Shown here: in pieces, positions 1 through 12,232 of the stretch
Layout: each line of letters begins with the position of its first letter
Position numbering within the stretch: position 1 is the first letter of the stretch
DNA from: Calcarisporiella thermophila CBS 279.70
Taxonomy: Eukaryota; Fungi; Calcarisporiellomycota
Assembly: GCF_041956535.1 (NCBI RefSeq)
Contig: NW_027192194.1
Location: 155,444-219,443 of the forward strand
Direction of reading: 5' to 3'
DNA: 64,000 bases
The notes under the pieces: model-generated
The model's database searches: none
Told to the model about the DNA's origin: nothing
The model's input: the letters and a program-made list of their open reading frames with translations, nothing else
Program-made: the position numbers and the translations under genes

Positions 1-1019
1 GATGTGCTGGCCCCTCTGGGTGGTGTGCCGGGCGTAGAGAGCGGTGACGATGGCGGATTGGGCGTAGAGGCCCGTTGTGAGATCGGTGATCGCCACCCCC
101 ACCTTGACGGGGGGACCGTCGCGTTCGCCCGTGATATGCATGAGGCCGGCCTCGGCCTAAAGAAGTGCCGGGAGGCAAAATGGAGAGAAGGGGAGAGAGC
201 CGACGTTTGAGTCTGATGCCTGACCATTGACAGCTGTAGCGAATGTTTACCTCAATCATAACATCATACCCTGCACGGGTTCTGTGTGGCCCAGTTTGTC
301 CATATCCTATGGATTGGATGCCAACGTCAGGCAATGTAACTCGCCATCTTTAGAAACACCGTGAAATGAAGAGTTTACCTGTAATGCTGCAATAGATCAG
401 CCGCGGATTGATCTCGCTTAGCTGCTCATATCCCAGGCCCATGGAATGCAGTTTCCCGGGTACATAGTTCTCTACAAGCACGTCCGATTTCTTTGCCAAC
501 TCCCTCACGATCTCCACCCCCTCGACCGACTTTAAATTAACCGTTACCGATCGCTTGTTTCGATTTACCCCGAGAAAATAGGCACTTTCAGGAAGTGCAG
601 TGTCGGAAGCGGATCGATTGGGGGCCCACGGTGGTCCCCACGCGCGTGTATCGTCTCCTCTCTTGGGATTCTCGATCTTGATAACATTGGCCCTGTGATG
701 TGAAAAAAAAGGCTTGTTGAGTCGCCGGCCTTCGGGAGGGATCGTAAAGAGCCTACCCAAGATCACCCAGGATCATGGTGCAGTATGGGCCGGCTAACGA
801 TTATAACACACAAAAGAAATGAGCGGGACAAGCAGAAACCATGCCAAGGATGAGTCATTTTACGCAACCCAGCACGCGAGTCAAGTCCAACACGCGCACC
901 CCAGCCAAGGGGAGATCCTTGGGAGCCGAACTGGAGCTCGCGGCGGTGGAATAGGATAGAAAGGATGCCCTCACGCGGGCGAATGGCGCTGCTAGCAAAG
1001 GCGATATTGATTTCAGCAT
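1..1019 (-). CDS. CoA-transferase family III (CaiB/BaiF, SUGCT-like), mitochondrial; 3' end runs off window
   Basis: Spliced translation [17 protein letters not shown]...[34 protein letters not shown]...[10 protein letters not shown]...[11 protein letters not shown]...[10 protein letters not shown]; N-terminus looks like a mitochondrial presequence. Confidence 0.92.
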
Positions 1020-1458
1020 GGATTTTTAGCCGTGCACGAGGAAGCCGTCGATAATCGGTTTCAATTTAGGATCAAGAAAAGTAAAAATTCCACGGGCCAG
1101 ATTGGAGTCTTCTATTTTCCGAACCTTTGAATTAGATTATTGCGCGTTGAGCTGCAGGCCATAGGCTGGCTGCTGTATTGCATTGTTTTTGTGCATCCCT
1201 TCCTCTCCAGCCTTTTATTTTTTGCTTCTCAGTTGCTCGATTCATATAGAACACACATACCTCTTCCCTGGTGCATCACTATTGCTATTTTTTTTCTTTT
1301 TTCCATCTCTCTCACCGCATTCCCCTTCCCCTCCGCCCTCATTTAAAATTTGCATTTCATTTCCTCTTCCTCCTTACAACCTAATCGCCCCATCCCCATC
1401 TTGAAATCACCTAGAGGATACGTCGTCTATACCCAGCCCGCATCCCCAAAATTAAATT

Positions 1459-3476
1459 ATGGCGCCTACAGCGCTCCCCCCAATCGAACCGTTCAAGTCC
1501 TTTAAATCCACCCCCAACCTAAAGACGGTAGACACCGCCGTACTGCCCTCCATCCATTCCCTAGAGCCCGCCCATCCCCAGGCTTCCTATGCTTCTCATC
1601 TGCCCTCTAAGCTACGTTCTATCCTTAAGCTAGGATTTCATGTGAGTCAAGCACGGAAGCCATCCCCAACTAGCGATTCATCCCTTGATTCATCGGTTGG
1701 CTCTATGACCACAAGCCCCACCTCAACCTCGTCCTCGCTGTCCTCTCCCCAGGATCCTAGCGGAGAGAGGGAGAAGAGCGGCGGGTGGGGCTACAGCGCT
1801 AAGGGGGAGGAAAAGAAGGTGAAGCGGGTCTCCTCTGTTCCAAACCATCAATCGGCGGAACAGCGGATATGCCAGGGCGAACGGAATGGGAGCGGACTGC
1901 TGGCAGTAAATCATCCCACGGGATTCCGGCGCACATACTCCTCAAGTTCGATGCGCAGGCTGAAGGTGGAGGTGAGCCCAAACAGCTTCCAAAAAATCAA
2001 GCTGCTTGGAAAGGGCGACGTGGGGCGCGTGTATCTGGTGCGACACAAGGGAACCTGCAAACTCTATGCAATGAAAGTGCTCTCCAAAAAGGAGATGATC
2101 CGGAGGAACAAGGTGAACCGGGTCCTTGCAGAGCAGGTACGTCTATTTGGCATTTCGATGTCGAGGCGCAATGGCGCATACACCCGTGAGCTGCTGTTGA
2201 CCTTCTCTCTCGCTCTGTGTGTGTGCATAGGAAATCCTTGCGACTAGCAACCACCCGTTCATCGTCACCCTCTACCATTCATTTCAGAGCGAGGGATATC
2301 TCTATCTGTGCATGGAGTACTGTATGGGCGGCGAGTTCTTTAGAGGTGAGCATGGCTCTTTTGATGACGCACCCTTTGCGCTCCATCAGGGATGTTGGAT
2401 GACTCAACATTCTCTTTCCTCCTCTTGCCCTTTGTAACTGCAGTGCTACAAAATCTCCCTGGAAAATGCCTTCCCGAGGAAGACACAAAATTTTACGCTG
2501 CAGAAGTGATCGCCGCTCTAGAATATCTGCATCTGAACGGCTTCATATACCGCGACCTTAAACCAGAAAACATCCTGCTTCATCACACCGGGCACATCAT
2601 GCTGACGGATTTTGACCTTGCCAAGCAGTCGAGATCAACGGTGGCGCCGTCGGTCGTGAAGGGCTCCTCTCCATTCATGGTGAGTCGTTAAGTGAAACCT
2701 AGACTAAGGAATGGCGCTGACAAAACTCCCCCCTCCCCTTTGGAGTGTAGATGTCGAACATTGATACACGGGCATGCCTTGGCAACCTGCGAACAAACTC
2801 GTTTGTGGGGACTGAAGAATATCTTGCCCCAGAGGTTATCAAGGGATCAGGGCATACAAGGTGGGCGCGCTTTTGCTTAGCCGAAATCGCTCCAAACCGC
2901 TAAGCGTTAATTTGTTTATTGTTTTTCTTTGGCTTTAGTGCGGTGGATTGGTGGACGTTAGGCATCCTAATATTCGAAATGCTCTACGGGAGAACTCCAT
3001 TCAAAGGAGCCAACCGAAACGCAACCTTTGCCAACATTCTTAAAAATAACGTTGCCTTTCCTAGCCATGGCGTACAACAGGTTCCAAGGTATAACATTCT
3101 CTCATCACGATCCCACTGCTTTACTTCGATAGGATCTAATCCCACCTGTCTCTCTCCTCCCAGCACATGTAAAAATCTTATCCGGAAGCTCCTCCAGAAA
3201 GAAGAGACCCGCCGGCTTGGTTCACGCGCCGGGGCAGCGGACATCAAGAGCCATCCGTGGTTCCGTTCAATTCACTGGGCGCTTTTGCGTCATTCAACAC
3301 CCCCTATCATTCCGGGGCACAAAGGCGCGCCCACTTACACCATGAGGCAAGAGAGCTTTAGTTTAGACATGGAGGCGGAGACTTTGGTACTAGGAGAGGG
3401 AGACAGCAATCCCTTTGGAAAATTCTCTTCAGTGACATTGAGATATGGGGATGAGGTGGATGAAGATGAATGGTAA
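1459..3476 (+). CDS. nrc-2: AGC Ser/Thr kinase, Nrc-2/Fpk1/Kin82 flippase-kinase family (multi-exon)
   Basis: FRRTYSS motif, [47 protein letters not shown]-terminal [11 protein letters not shown]; GT-AG introns. Confidence 0.92.
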
Positions 3477-5327
3477 ATGTTAAATGAATCTAGTTCCCCT
3501 CCAGGAAATCCATATAGAATATTTTATTGTTTTTTTTTCCTATGCTTTTCCTCTCTTCGGCTGTTGTGTTCTTTTTCTCCTCTTGATTCCCCCCTCCCCT
3601 CCTTCGCTGCTCCTTCTGTTTGCATTATTGTATTACTATCCGTTTATTTCCGCATTACTCTTTCAAGGTGAAACTTTTACGAACTTTCCACACCCCCCCT
3701 ACCCTTACTATATACGCTCTCCAATATTTCACTTTGAGTGGGAATACAACATCAAGAGATGATATCCCTTCCTTTGCCTATACACCACATTCGTTCTTTT
3801 TTCTCTTATGCTGTGCCGGGTGCATTTGTATGGTTTTCTAATTCTCTTTTATAAAATATCTCACTATTGTTATCACCCCATTGGTGCTTTGCCCTTGTAG
3901 CGTTCGGCCCTAAGCCCCCATGCTGCCCATGTAATCGAAGGTCAGCTTTGCAAAGTAGTACCATGTCAGAAGCACCCTCCCAAAGTGACTTTGCATTTCT
4001 AACTCAGCTGACTCCTTTCGATTTAGAAGCCCGTTCTCACCAGCTATGCGCCAAGGGGTTGGTTACAAGGACAAAGGCCATTTTCGTTGGCCGACTGGGA
4101 AATGAAAATGACGTGGAGAGGAGATCTGGAGCAAGTCCAAGCCCTACTCCCCCTTGGGAAGATAGTGGGACGCTTTTGTGCCGCCAAGCTTTTCCCCCAT
4201 TTCACAGGCGAAGAAACTTTCTCTCTCCGCTCAGGTGAGGTTTGAGATCTATTCGTATATATTGCTTGTGCCCTCTCGTGTGTTCGAAATGACAGAGCGA
4301 CCTGCTTGGGATATCCTGTAGATATTCTTGTAGATAGGGAGAAAGTTGGGATAGCCGCATAAAAACTCGCTATTTCAACGACTTTGAATGTTTTACACAT
4401 TCTTTGCATCAAAGTGAAGCTTCACAAAGAAACATGCTAACAAAAGATTGCGGCTACACATAGAAGCAATTAATATGTCTGTTTTACATATGCAGTTGTA
4501 GTTGAAGTCAATAGAAAGTTAAGGCAGATGGTATCGGAGGGATATTATTGCCATGAATGCGTGAGACTCCGAGTAGTTATCGTAACTTTTCATTTATCCC
4601 GACCGCTTATCTTTTTCTCTTGTGCCTTGATCGCCGAAAAAGATATTGAAACTGCAGGATCCCTCCAACTAACTGGTATAGGGCCACGTTGATCGATACC
4701 AGCCATGCAAGAGCATCATAATAGGGGGTATCCATTAGAAGGTTATCCCAGGGGGATTGTGATCTTTTGCCTATTTTCCGCATTACTTATTACCTGGGCT
4801 ACAAGCTTCGATGTAGCCTCTTTACGCTCAATGTAATAAACAGAGAAGTGTTATAATGTTGTCGGCCCTCACGTCAGAGCCCACGCAGGGCCACAAGCGG
4901 CCAATCAGGATTCCAAGTGTGGGAGAAAAGGTCGGAAAGCTGCTGGGATGGCAATTCAAAAATAAACTACGCTCCCCATCCATTCAAATGCCTTAAAAAT
5001 GTTAAGATTTCAAAACAACCTCATTGGGTCAAAAAGGGGCTGCTTTCAGACGTCGCGTGTCTAAGGAAGGTTGAGTTGAGGGCGATTTCGCGACCAAAAC
5101 AATCCTACTTGGAGTGGAAACCAGACGAAGCGTGTCAAGAGTTTTCTCTCCGAGATCGTATTATTCTGATTGTTCGATCGTCGCAAGGCCTCCTTCGATC
5201 AGTATTCCTCTTTTTACGTGGACGGGCACCTAGATCGCGAACGACAGCTTCTCCAGAAGGTTTTCAGGACGATCCCCTTTTCGCTTTTTGCCGTTTCCTA
5301 TCTCTTTCGAATCTTTTCTCATTGATC

Positions 5328-7974
5328 ATGCATCTGGACAAGCCTACAATCCAGGATCTTGAACAATGGTTAAAGACGGAACTAGAACCTATGTATGTGC
5401 TTCCATTCTATCTGCGTTTTCCCATGCCTAATACGGCCGAAAACAAACCCATCACTGATCTAACCCGCTTTTTTTTTTGTTACGTTACTAGATCTGATGC
5501 AGATCCCGCGGTTCTAAGCGAGTATGTTATTAGTATATTAAAACATTTTGATCCAGATCATGATTTTGAGCAAGAATGTAAAAACCAACTACAAGAATTT
5601 TTAGAGTCTCGTAAGTCGATTCCCCCCTTCTTTCCCCCTCCTCCTTCGATGGTATGTCTGACATATATTGCTTGGATTCTTCTTTTTTGTAGACACAGAA
5701 TCATTTGTAAAGCGATTCATCGGCCTATTATCACAAAAGGCACTCATAAAGTCTAAGAGCCACGGGAACAACGCCTCCAAACCGGACCACTCGGGACATC
5801 ACCACGAAATCGAGCATCACGGCGATGCCTCCCACCACTCCCGTCGGGGAGATAGTGATCTATCGGATGAGGAGGAAAGCGACCGTAATTTTAAACACCG
5901 GCGCTCTGCAAATTCAGAGGCGCGAGAAGAGGGAGGTGGAGATATCGAGTCTGGTGAAACATCCTCGGCCTCGAGGGGTGAGGGCGCAAGAAAAAGAAGG
6001 CAGGACAGCACCGAGGCGGAAGGCCGAGGGGGAAAGATGGCACGGTTTGGGGGTCCAGGCGGGCCTGGCCGATTTCTCGCGGGGGGGTTCCCACAGGGAC
6101 CCTCGGCAGGATTCATGCCTGGGATGATGGGCGGGGGCGGTGGTGCATTCCCCCAGGGCATGGGCGGGCCTGGCCAATGGAACCGGATGCCAATGGGGAG
6201 GATGGGTTTTGACGCACAGCGACTTGGCAACCGGATGCATGGTCGTATAGGCGACCAGGTGACCAGAAAAAAGCCATGTTTCGATCTACGATGTAAGTGC
6301 TCGCTTCGGATGCCCCTTCCTTTTATTTAAAGTACGGTGGGATCAGATGGCAGTTCTTTGCTAACCCCTTTTCATGATGTTGTAGACAAGGGATATTGCA
6401 CACGTGGGAGCAATTGTCCCTATGACCACGGGGAAGGTATGCTGCCTACTGATGGGATGCCGGGTATACCAATGAATCCTATGATGCCAATGGGCTTACC
6501 AATGCCCGGATTTGGCCAGGTATTAATACCCCAACAATCGTTTCCACCGGATGGAAGTGCGGGAGGGATGGGCGAAGAGGGCTATGACCCAGAGCATGCA
6601 ATGATGGGTCGCCAGCCGGGGCGGATGAATGGGCCCGAAGGGGCGCAAGGCGGCCTAATGGAGGATGGATCCATGGGGCGCCGCGCACCTCATGGGACCG
6701 GGTTTACCCCTGGTCGGGGGAGTGGCAGTGCAGGTGGACGATTCGGTGGCCCGTTTGGCTCCAGTATATCCGTAGAAAATATTCCCGAAGAGCACTGCAA
6801 TACAGACAGTGTTCACTCTTTCTTTCAGACATTCGGCACTATCCGCAATGTGCAGATAGATTCTCGCTCACGTCGAGCGATAGTGCGATTTGAAACCGCT
6901 GAGCAGGCGCGGGCTGCCTACGCTTCCCCCGAGCCGATTTTTGGAAACCGCTTCGTTAAGGTGTATCGCCGCAAAGTAGAGCAAGATCTACTTGAACAGG
7001 CCAAGGGACCGAATGGTACTGGTGGGGCTGGTGGGGATCGTGGTGCTGGCGCCAATGCCAGCGACAGTGCTGAACAGGCAAAGCTGAGGGCCGAGCAGGA
7101 GGCTGCACGCGAGGAGGCGGCCAAAAAGCGACAGGAAAACCTAAAGAAGATGCTCGAGCTACAAAAGCGCAAGGAGGAGCTATTGCAGCGGCAAATCGAC
7201 GCGCAAAAGCAGCTTATGGCCAAGCTCTCCACCATCGATCCCAAGGAACGAGTGGAGTTGATGAAAGAGATCAACAAGGTATCAGAGACGATAAGCTCTC
7301 TGACCGGGTCTTCGCCGGCCGCAACCTCGAGCACAGGTGGTGACAAGGCCGCGGCAGAGGGTAGGACTGACCGAGCGGCCGCCGCCTCCTCCTCCCAGGC
7401 AAATGGATCAGAAGTGGGCACTGACTCAGCTGGCGCTGGTTTGCGGGAGGCCAACCCTTCCTCTGACGCAGCATCAAAAGACGGATCTGCTGTCGCCCCT
7501 GTTCCGCATGCTGCACCGTATGCCACTCGAGGACGGGGCTCTCCCTTCCGAGGGCGCGGCAGAGGATTTGGACGCGGTGGGGGGGCATGGGGTGGTCGCC
7601 CGACCTACTCGCTCGATCTACGACCTACGAAGCTGCTTGTGCAGAAATTACCAGCTGAAGCGACTGAGGAGGAGCAGCTACGCAAGCTGTTTGCCCAATT
7701 CGGTCAAATCAACTCGCTGCTTGTGGACACGGAGGCCCGGAATGCGATGGTGCACTTTAAGGTGCGGCACGAGGCGGAGGCGGCTATGGCGGGGGCCAGT
7801 AAACTGCCCGAGCTTGCTGGGGTCGAGGTACGGTGGTACCAAGATACTAAGCCGGTGAATACCGCTGCCAAGCCTGGGTCCGAAACGGTGAGTATAGAGC
7901 CAACCACGGTAGACCATGAGGAGAGATTTGATGATGAGGCGGAGGAGAACGACGAGAGATCATGGAAACGCTGA
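5328..7974 (+). CDS. RBM26/RBM27-like RNA-binding protein (PWI, CCCH zinc finger, two RRMs, RGG)
   Basis: WLKTELEP..DADPAVLSEYV (PWI); CFDL.DKGYCTRGSNCPYDH (CCCH); RRM with IFGNRFVKVY; DLRPTKLLV second RRM; ends ERSWKR. Confidence 0.9.
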
Positions 7975-8536
7975 GTCGACCCTATCTACCCAGCTCCATA
8001 TAAATACGTGTTTGTTTCCATGGTTTCCTCTGGCATTTGCGGTTTAAAAAGACGCTGAGATTAATATATATAAATTTATTTCTACCCCACCAACACATCA
8101 TCCCCCAACCTTTTTTTTTTTTACTAATTCTTCTCTTTTTTCCCCCTCTTTCCCCCTCTTCTCCTTTTTATTATGCAGCTATATTTTTTTTTTCATTCTA
8201 GCCTTGGCTTAGTATACAAAAGTGCTTGCAAAATTTCTTTTATGTGTTGTAGGTAGGGACTTTTTAATCCCTTTTATTGCTTGAAAAAGAACTTCGCGTA
8301 ATCATCTGACTTGGCAAAAGAATGGATTAATTTTTGAAGCATTATTCAATTGATTCCGCATGAAATGGTCGATGAGAGAAAGACAAAAAGGAAAATAAGT
8401 GAAAGTGTTACAAAAGGAGAAAAGAAAAAAGTAAAAGGGGGGGGGGGGGGGTGAAGACAATATAACGCTGAATACATTAGCAAAAATCTTTAGAAGAGAA
8501 TTAAAGACAAGAAGAAGGGATAATCTAGGAAGGAAC

Positions 8537-10890
8537 TTATTCGTGGGCAGAGACCATATCGGAAGGCGCTGCCCCACGGTAGGTTTCCCTAATGGCTTGA
8601 CGCAGCCGAGCAATAAGAAGGACATGCCGCCGACGCTCCTCCTCCTCATGCTGATGCTGGCCGGCGTTTTGTTCCGCCTTCTCCCGGTGGGCGGGGTTGT
8701 TGTCCCGATCAGAATTGCCCTGGGTTTTCTCACAGTACACGGACATCTGCGAGGTTTTCTGGGCCAGCATATCCACCTCGGACTCCATCCCTTCATCCGC
8801 CTTCTGCACCTCACCCTTGCGCATTCTATAGTCGGCCGAGTGCCGTGTTGAGGACAAGGGCGGCTGCCGAGAGTTGGCGGCCCATTCAATCTCCTTGATT
8901 TCGGTATCATTGTTTTGTCGGCTAGAGGTCACCGGCTGTGTCGCGTGCACTTGTTGTGTCCATTCGGATAAGATCACCTGGGCCTGCGGTTGTGATACGA
9001 GGCGCTTGCCCGTGGTAGTGGAGGCAGTTGTGGTAGCGTTTGCTGCTGCTGCTGCTGCTGCTGCCGCCGCCGCTGCTGCCATGCTTTGCGGTGCATAGAA
9101 TACTCCGTGCTGGTTCTGCTGAACAACCAGGTGCGGTGCAAAGCCGAACATCATCGGGAACCCTGCAGCAGTGCCGGGGTGGTCGGGGTTGAAAGGAGGG
9201 GGGCGGGTGTGGTGAGGATTGGCGTTGCTGAGCCGTGCCGCCATCTGGGCGGCCATCAGATTGGCGGCATTCATGGACGACGCAGTGGCTCCCAAGTCCA
9301 GCGATGGATACGCAGCAGCTGATGCGCTTTCCTCCGGCAGGGCCGTGATATCAAATCCGGACGCGCCAGGCATCCCCATGAATTCGGCCGCTTGATTCAT
9401 CGATTGCGCCATAGGCTGTGATGAAAGGGTCGGGTACATGCCCATGTCGCCGTGCATGTTTTCCACAGACAGCGGCAGCGGGTTGGCGTACTCGGGTTTG
9501 GTCCCCGCGACCTGAGGGGGATGCTCGGCGGCAGGTATATCGTATGCCTTCATGGGGGCAGACACGTCTGCCCAGATATCCTGCGATAGCTCCGAGAGCC
9601 ACTGGTCGAGCTCGTTCAGCTCCTTCTCCGTCTGTACCACTCCTTCGGGTAAGGGCATGGGTATTGCCATGGGCATCATCATGGGCATGGACATGGGCAC
9701 GGATGCCGATGCATCGGGGTAGCTGGCATTGCTACTCTTGGTCGTGTTTGGTTGGGGGACGAGGAAAGAGGGGTCGTAGGCCATGGAAAGAGCGTTGAGG
9801 CGCATCGCCATTTCTGGAGTATACTCAGGCCGTAGCCGTTTGTTCTTCACCACGTCAAAGAACTCGGTGAGTGGGTTCATTTCTCTGGACTCGGGGGGTT
9901 GGTCTGAGGCGAGGTGCTGCATATAGGCACGCTTTTTTGTATTGGATGGCGGAAGAGCGGGATTGGGAGTGACGGCGTCTTGAAGCAGAGGGGCATATGC
10001 GGTTGTGTTTTGTTTGTTGGCTGAGTCATCTGTGAGAGGAGAGGTTGCTTTTAATATGACTCAGCCTCATTGTATGCAAAATAACGAGGCATGGATCCAA
10101 CAAACTCACCTGCAATGCTGGGCGGCGAGAGCGGCGTGTGCCCCGGAGACGACCGACTGGATACAAGCACTTTGGGCACGGGATCGTCAAAGTGACTCTG
10201 CGGCGGGGTAAGTGGGCGATAGTGGTGGTGGGGAATTGCTTGAGCCTGGTACTGGTGCGGGAGGTGGGGAGGGCGTTGGTAGAAGGGGTGGTGGTGTTGG
10301 TGAACTTGATGGCTGCGGAGCGCCTCCTGGTGTGCCTCGGTGTGAATTTTCTCATGTTTCTTCAGATCTTGGGGCCGCTTAAATGCTTTTCGACAATACT
10401 ACAGCCAGCCATAATAGAGCAGGTGGAAAATGGTTAAAACAAGTCCCGTGTTTTCTGTTCCCAAAAAAAGGGTATGCATCGTGACACTGAATATAAGCAA
10501 TGGCTTACCGAACAGAAGTGTGGTTTCAGCGGCACATGCACACGCAAATGACTGGTAATGTGATCTCTCTTGACAGTTACCACGTTGCAGTCGTCCCATT
10601 TGCCTGTAAAAGAATAAATGCGATGAGCATGAAACACTTGGCGGCCAACATCTCAGCATCAACTCACAGGTCAGGCATAGATTGTTGGTTGATTTCCGCC
10701 CGACATGGTCATTACAGGCATGAATGTAAAGAAGCTCAGCATCGTCAAATTCGCGATTGCAGTCCCTCCAGAGACAGCGCAGCATGTCCGACGGTGACGC
10801 CTGCGGCTGCTCTTGCTGCTGGACGGGGGCGGGGGGATGATTGGGGAGGGGATAGTCATTGGCAGGGAGCGCGGCAGCCATGGTGGTCAT
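8537..10890 (-). CDS. pacC: pH-response C2H2 transcription factor PacC/Rim101
   Basis: [34 protein letters not shown]...[22 protein letters not shown]...[14 protein letters not shown]; [14 protein letters not shown]; YPxL motifs. Confidence 0.95.
9041..9079. repeat. (GCT/GCC)n trinucleotide repeat encoding poly-Ala in PacC
   Basis: tgctgctgctgctgctgctgctgccgccgccgctgctgc seen directly. Confidence 0.9.
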
Positions 10891-11194
10891 GGTAGGAGAG
10901 TGGTAAGGAGAGGGGAGCCTTAGGGCGAAAAGGAATTTATCTAGCTTTTTTTATTTTTTTCTGGGTGGTGATACTCTCACAAATTCTCTTGGCAGTCCTT
11001 TCATTTGTCCAAACCGCAGGAAAAACCACCGGGAAAATAAAAACGGGCAGATAAGCCTGTGGCAGAGTGAGTAAGGAGAAGAAACCAAAACGAGAGAAAA
11101 AGATTGCCAGACTTAGGAAGCTGGGGGAGATAGGCCTCTTGCGTTTGGCAGGTCTCATGGATCCATCCAACGGGCTTGCAGTTAGTTTATTTAT

Positions 11195-11765
11195 TCAAGC
11201 CAGCAATAACACATAGATCATATAGAACAGATACAGCGAGAGCGACCCAAGCAGATAAAACAGCAGCACCGCCACCTTCTTCTCCGAATGCCCTGCCTCG
11301 CTCGCCCCCAGGTCGTAGCGCTTCTCGCACTGGCAGCTCTCGACGGCGGCTTGGGCATCAAAAATGCACCGGCATATTTCGGTGACATGTGCATTCGTCG
11401 CCTAATTAGCGTGTATTGATTGCGCATATAAGCGATTAGAATCCCGCAATAATGATAGGGAGTCCAGCTGGCTTACCAATACGTAAAAGGCTAGCAGGAT
11501 CAGCAAGGCAATGGAAATCAGAAAAAAAGCAGCGACCGCCCTTGTACGCCTATACTGCAGGCGAAGGGCTTGTGATGCGGATTCGGCTCCATTCTTCTCG
11601 CATACAGTGTTGTCAGGAAAATCTAGGGTAGAAACGAGGTTAGCGGGCCAGCTCCTCCAAAACAAATCCACGGCTAGCTCTACTTGATTCCAGGTGCTTC
11701 AAGTCCTCAGATAGTGGTTTGCTGGGGGTCAGGTGCGGATCGAGGGTTTTCACATTAGCCATCAT
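11195..11765 (-). CDS. Small multi-exon membrane protein, two TM helices flanking a Cys-containing loop (weak TMEM9 resemblance)
   Basis: Two GT-AG introns (about 11622-11684 and 11402-11476) join exons in frame: MMANVKTL...RAVAAFFLISIALLILLAFYVL|ATNAHVTEICRCIFDAQAAVESCQCEKRYD...KVAVLLFYLLGSLSLYLFYMIYVLLLA*; possible extra 5' exon from about 11853. Confidence 0.6.
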
Positions 11766-12232
11766 CGCGAGCTGTGCAAGAGAATTCACGGCAGAAGAGC
11801 AGGAAATCGTATACCATGTAATGCTTGATGTTCGAGAGAATCGCCCGTCTCATTGAGAGTCGTAGTGCAGTAAGAGAGAAAGAAGTGGATTCTGCAAAAC
11901 TGGCTTCTAAAATATAGAGGGATGCGTCGATTGGGAAATAGAAAAAACGTGGTAAGACTAAAATTTTGCGTGAGGCTTATCGCCATGGTTTATTCATGGT
12001 TCTTCCGAATAGAATAAAAAAAGAATGTGCAACGGAGAAGAAGGGTGAGAAAATTTGAGACCCCTCACAAGAATAACTTTAATACAGTTGTTGTGGGTAA
12101 AACAAATTCACTCCTTAAAATCAACAAAGCAAAGAAATATCTATTCAGCGTTTTTATCTTATATATAGAGAGAGAGCATCTTCAGCCGCCCAAATCTGCA
12201 ATCGCCCAAACATTCCAACTCAACGCTTTGTT

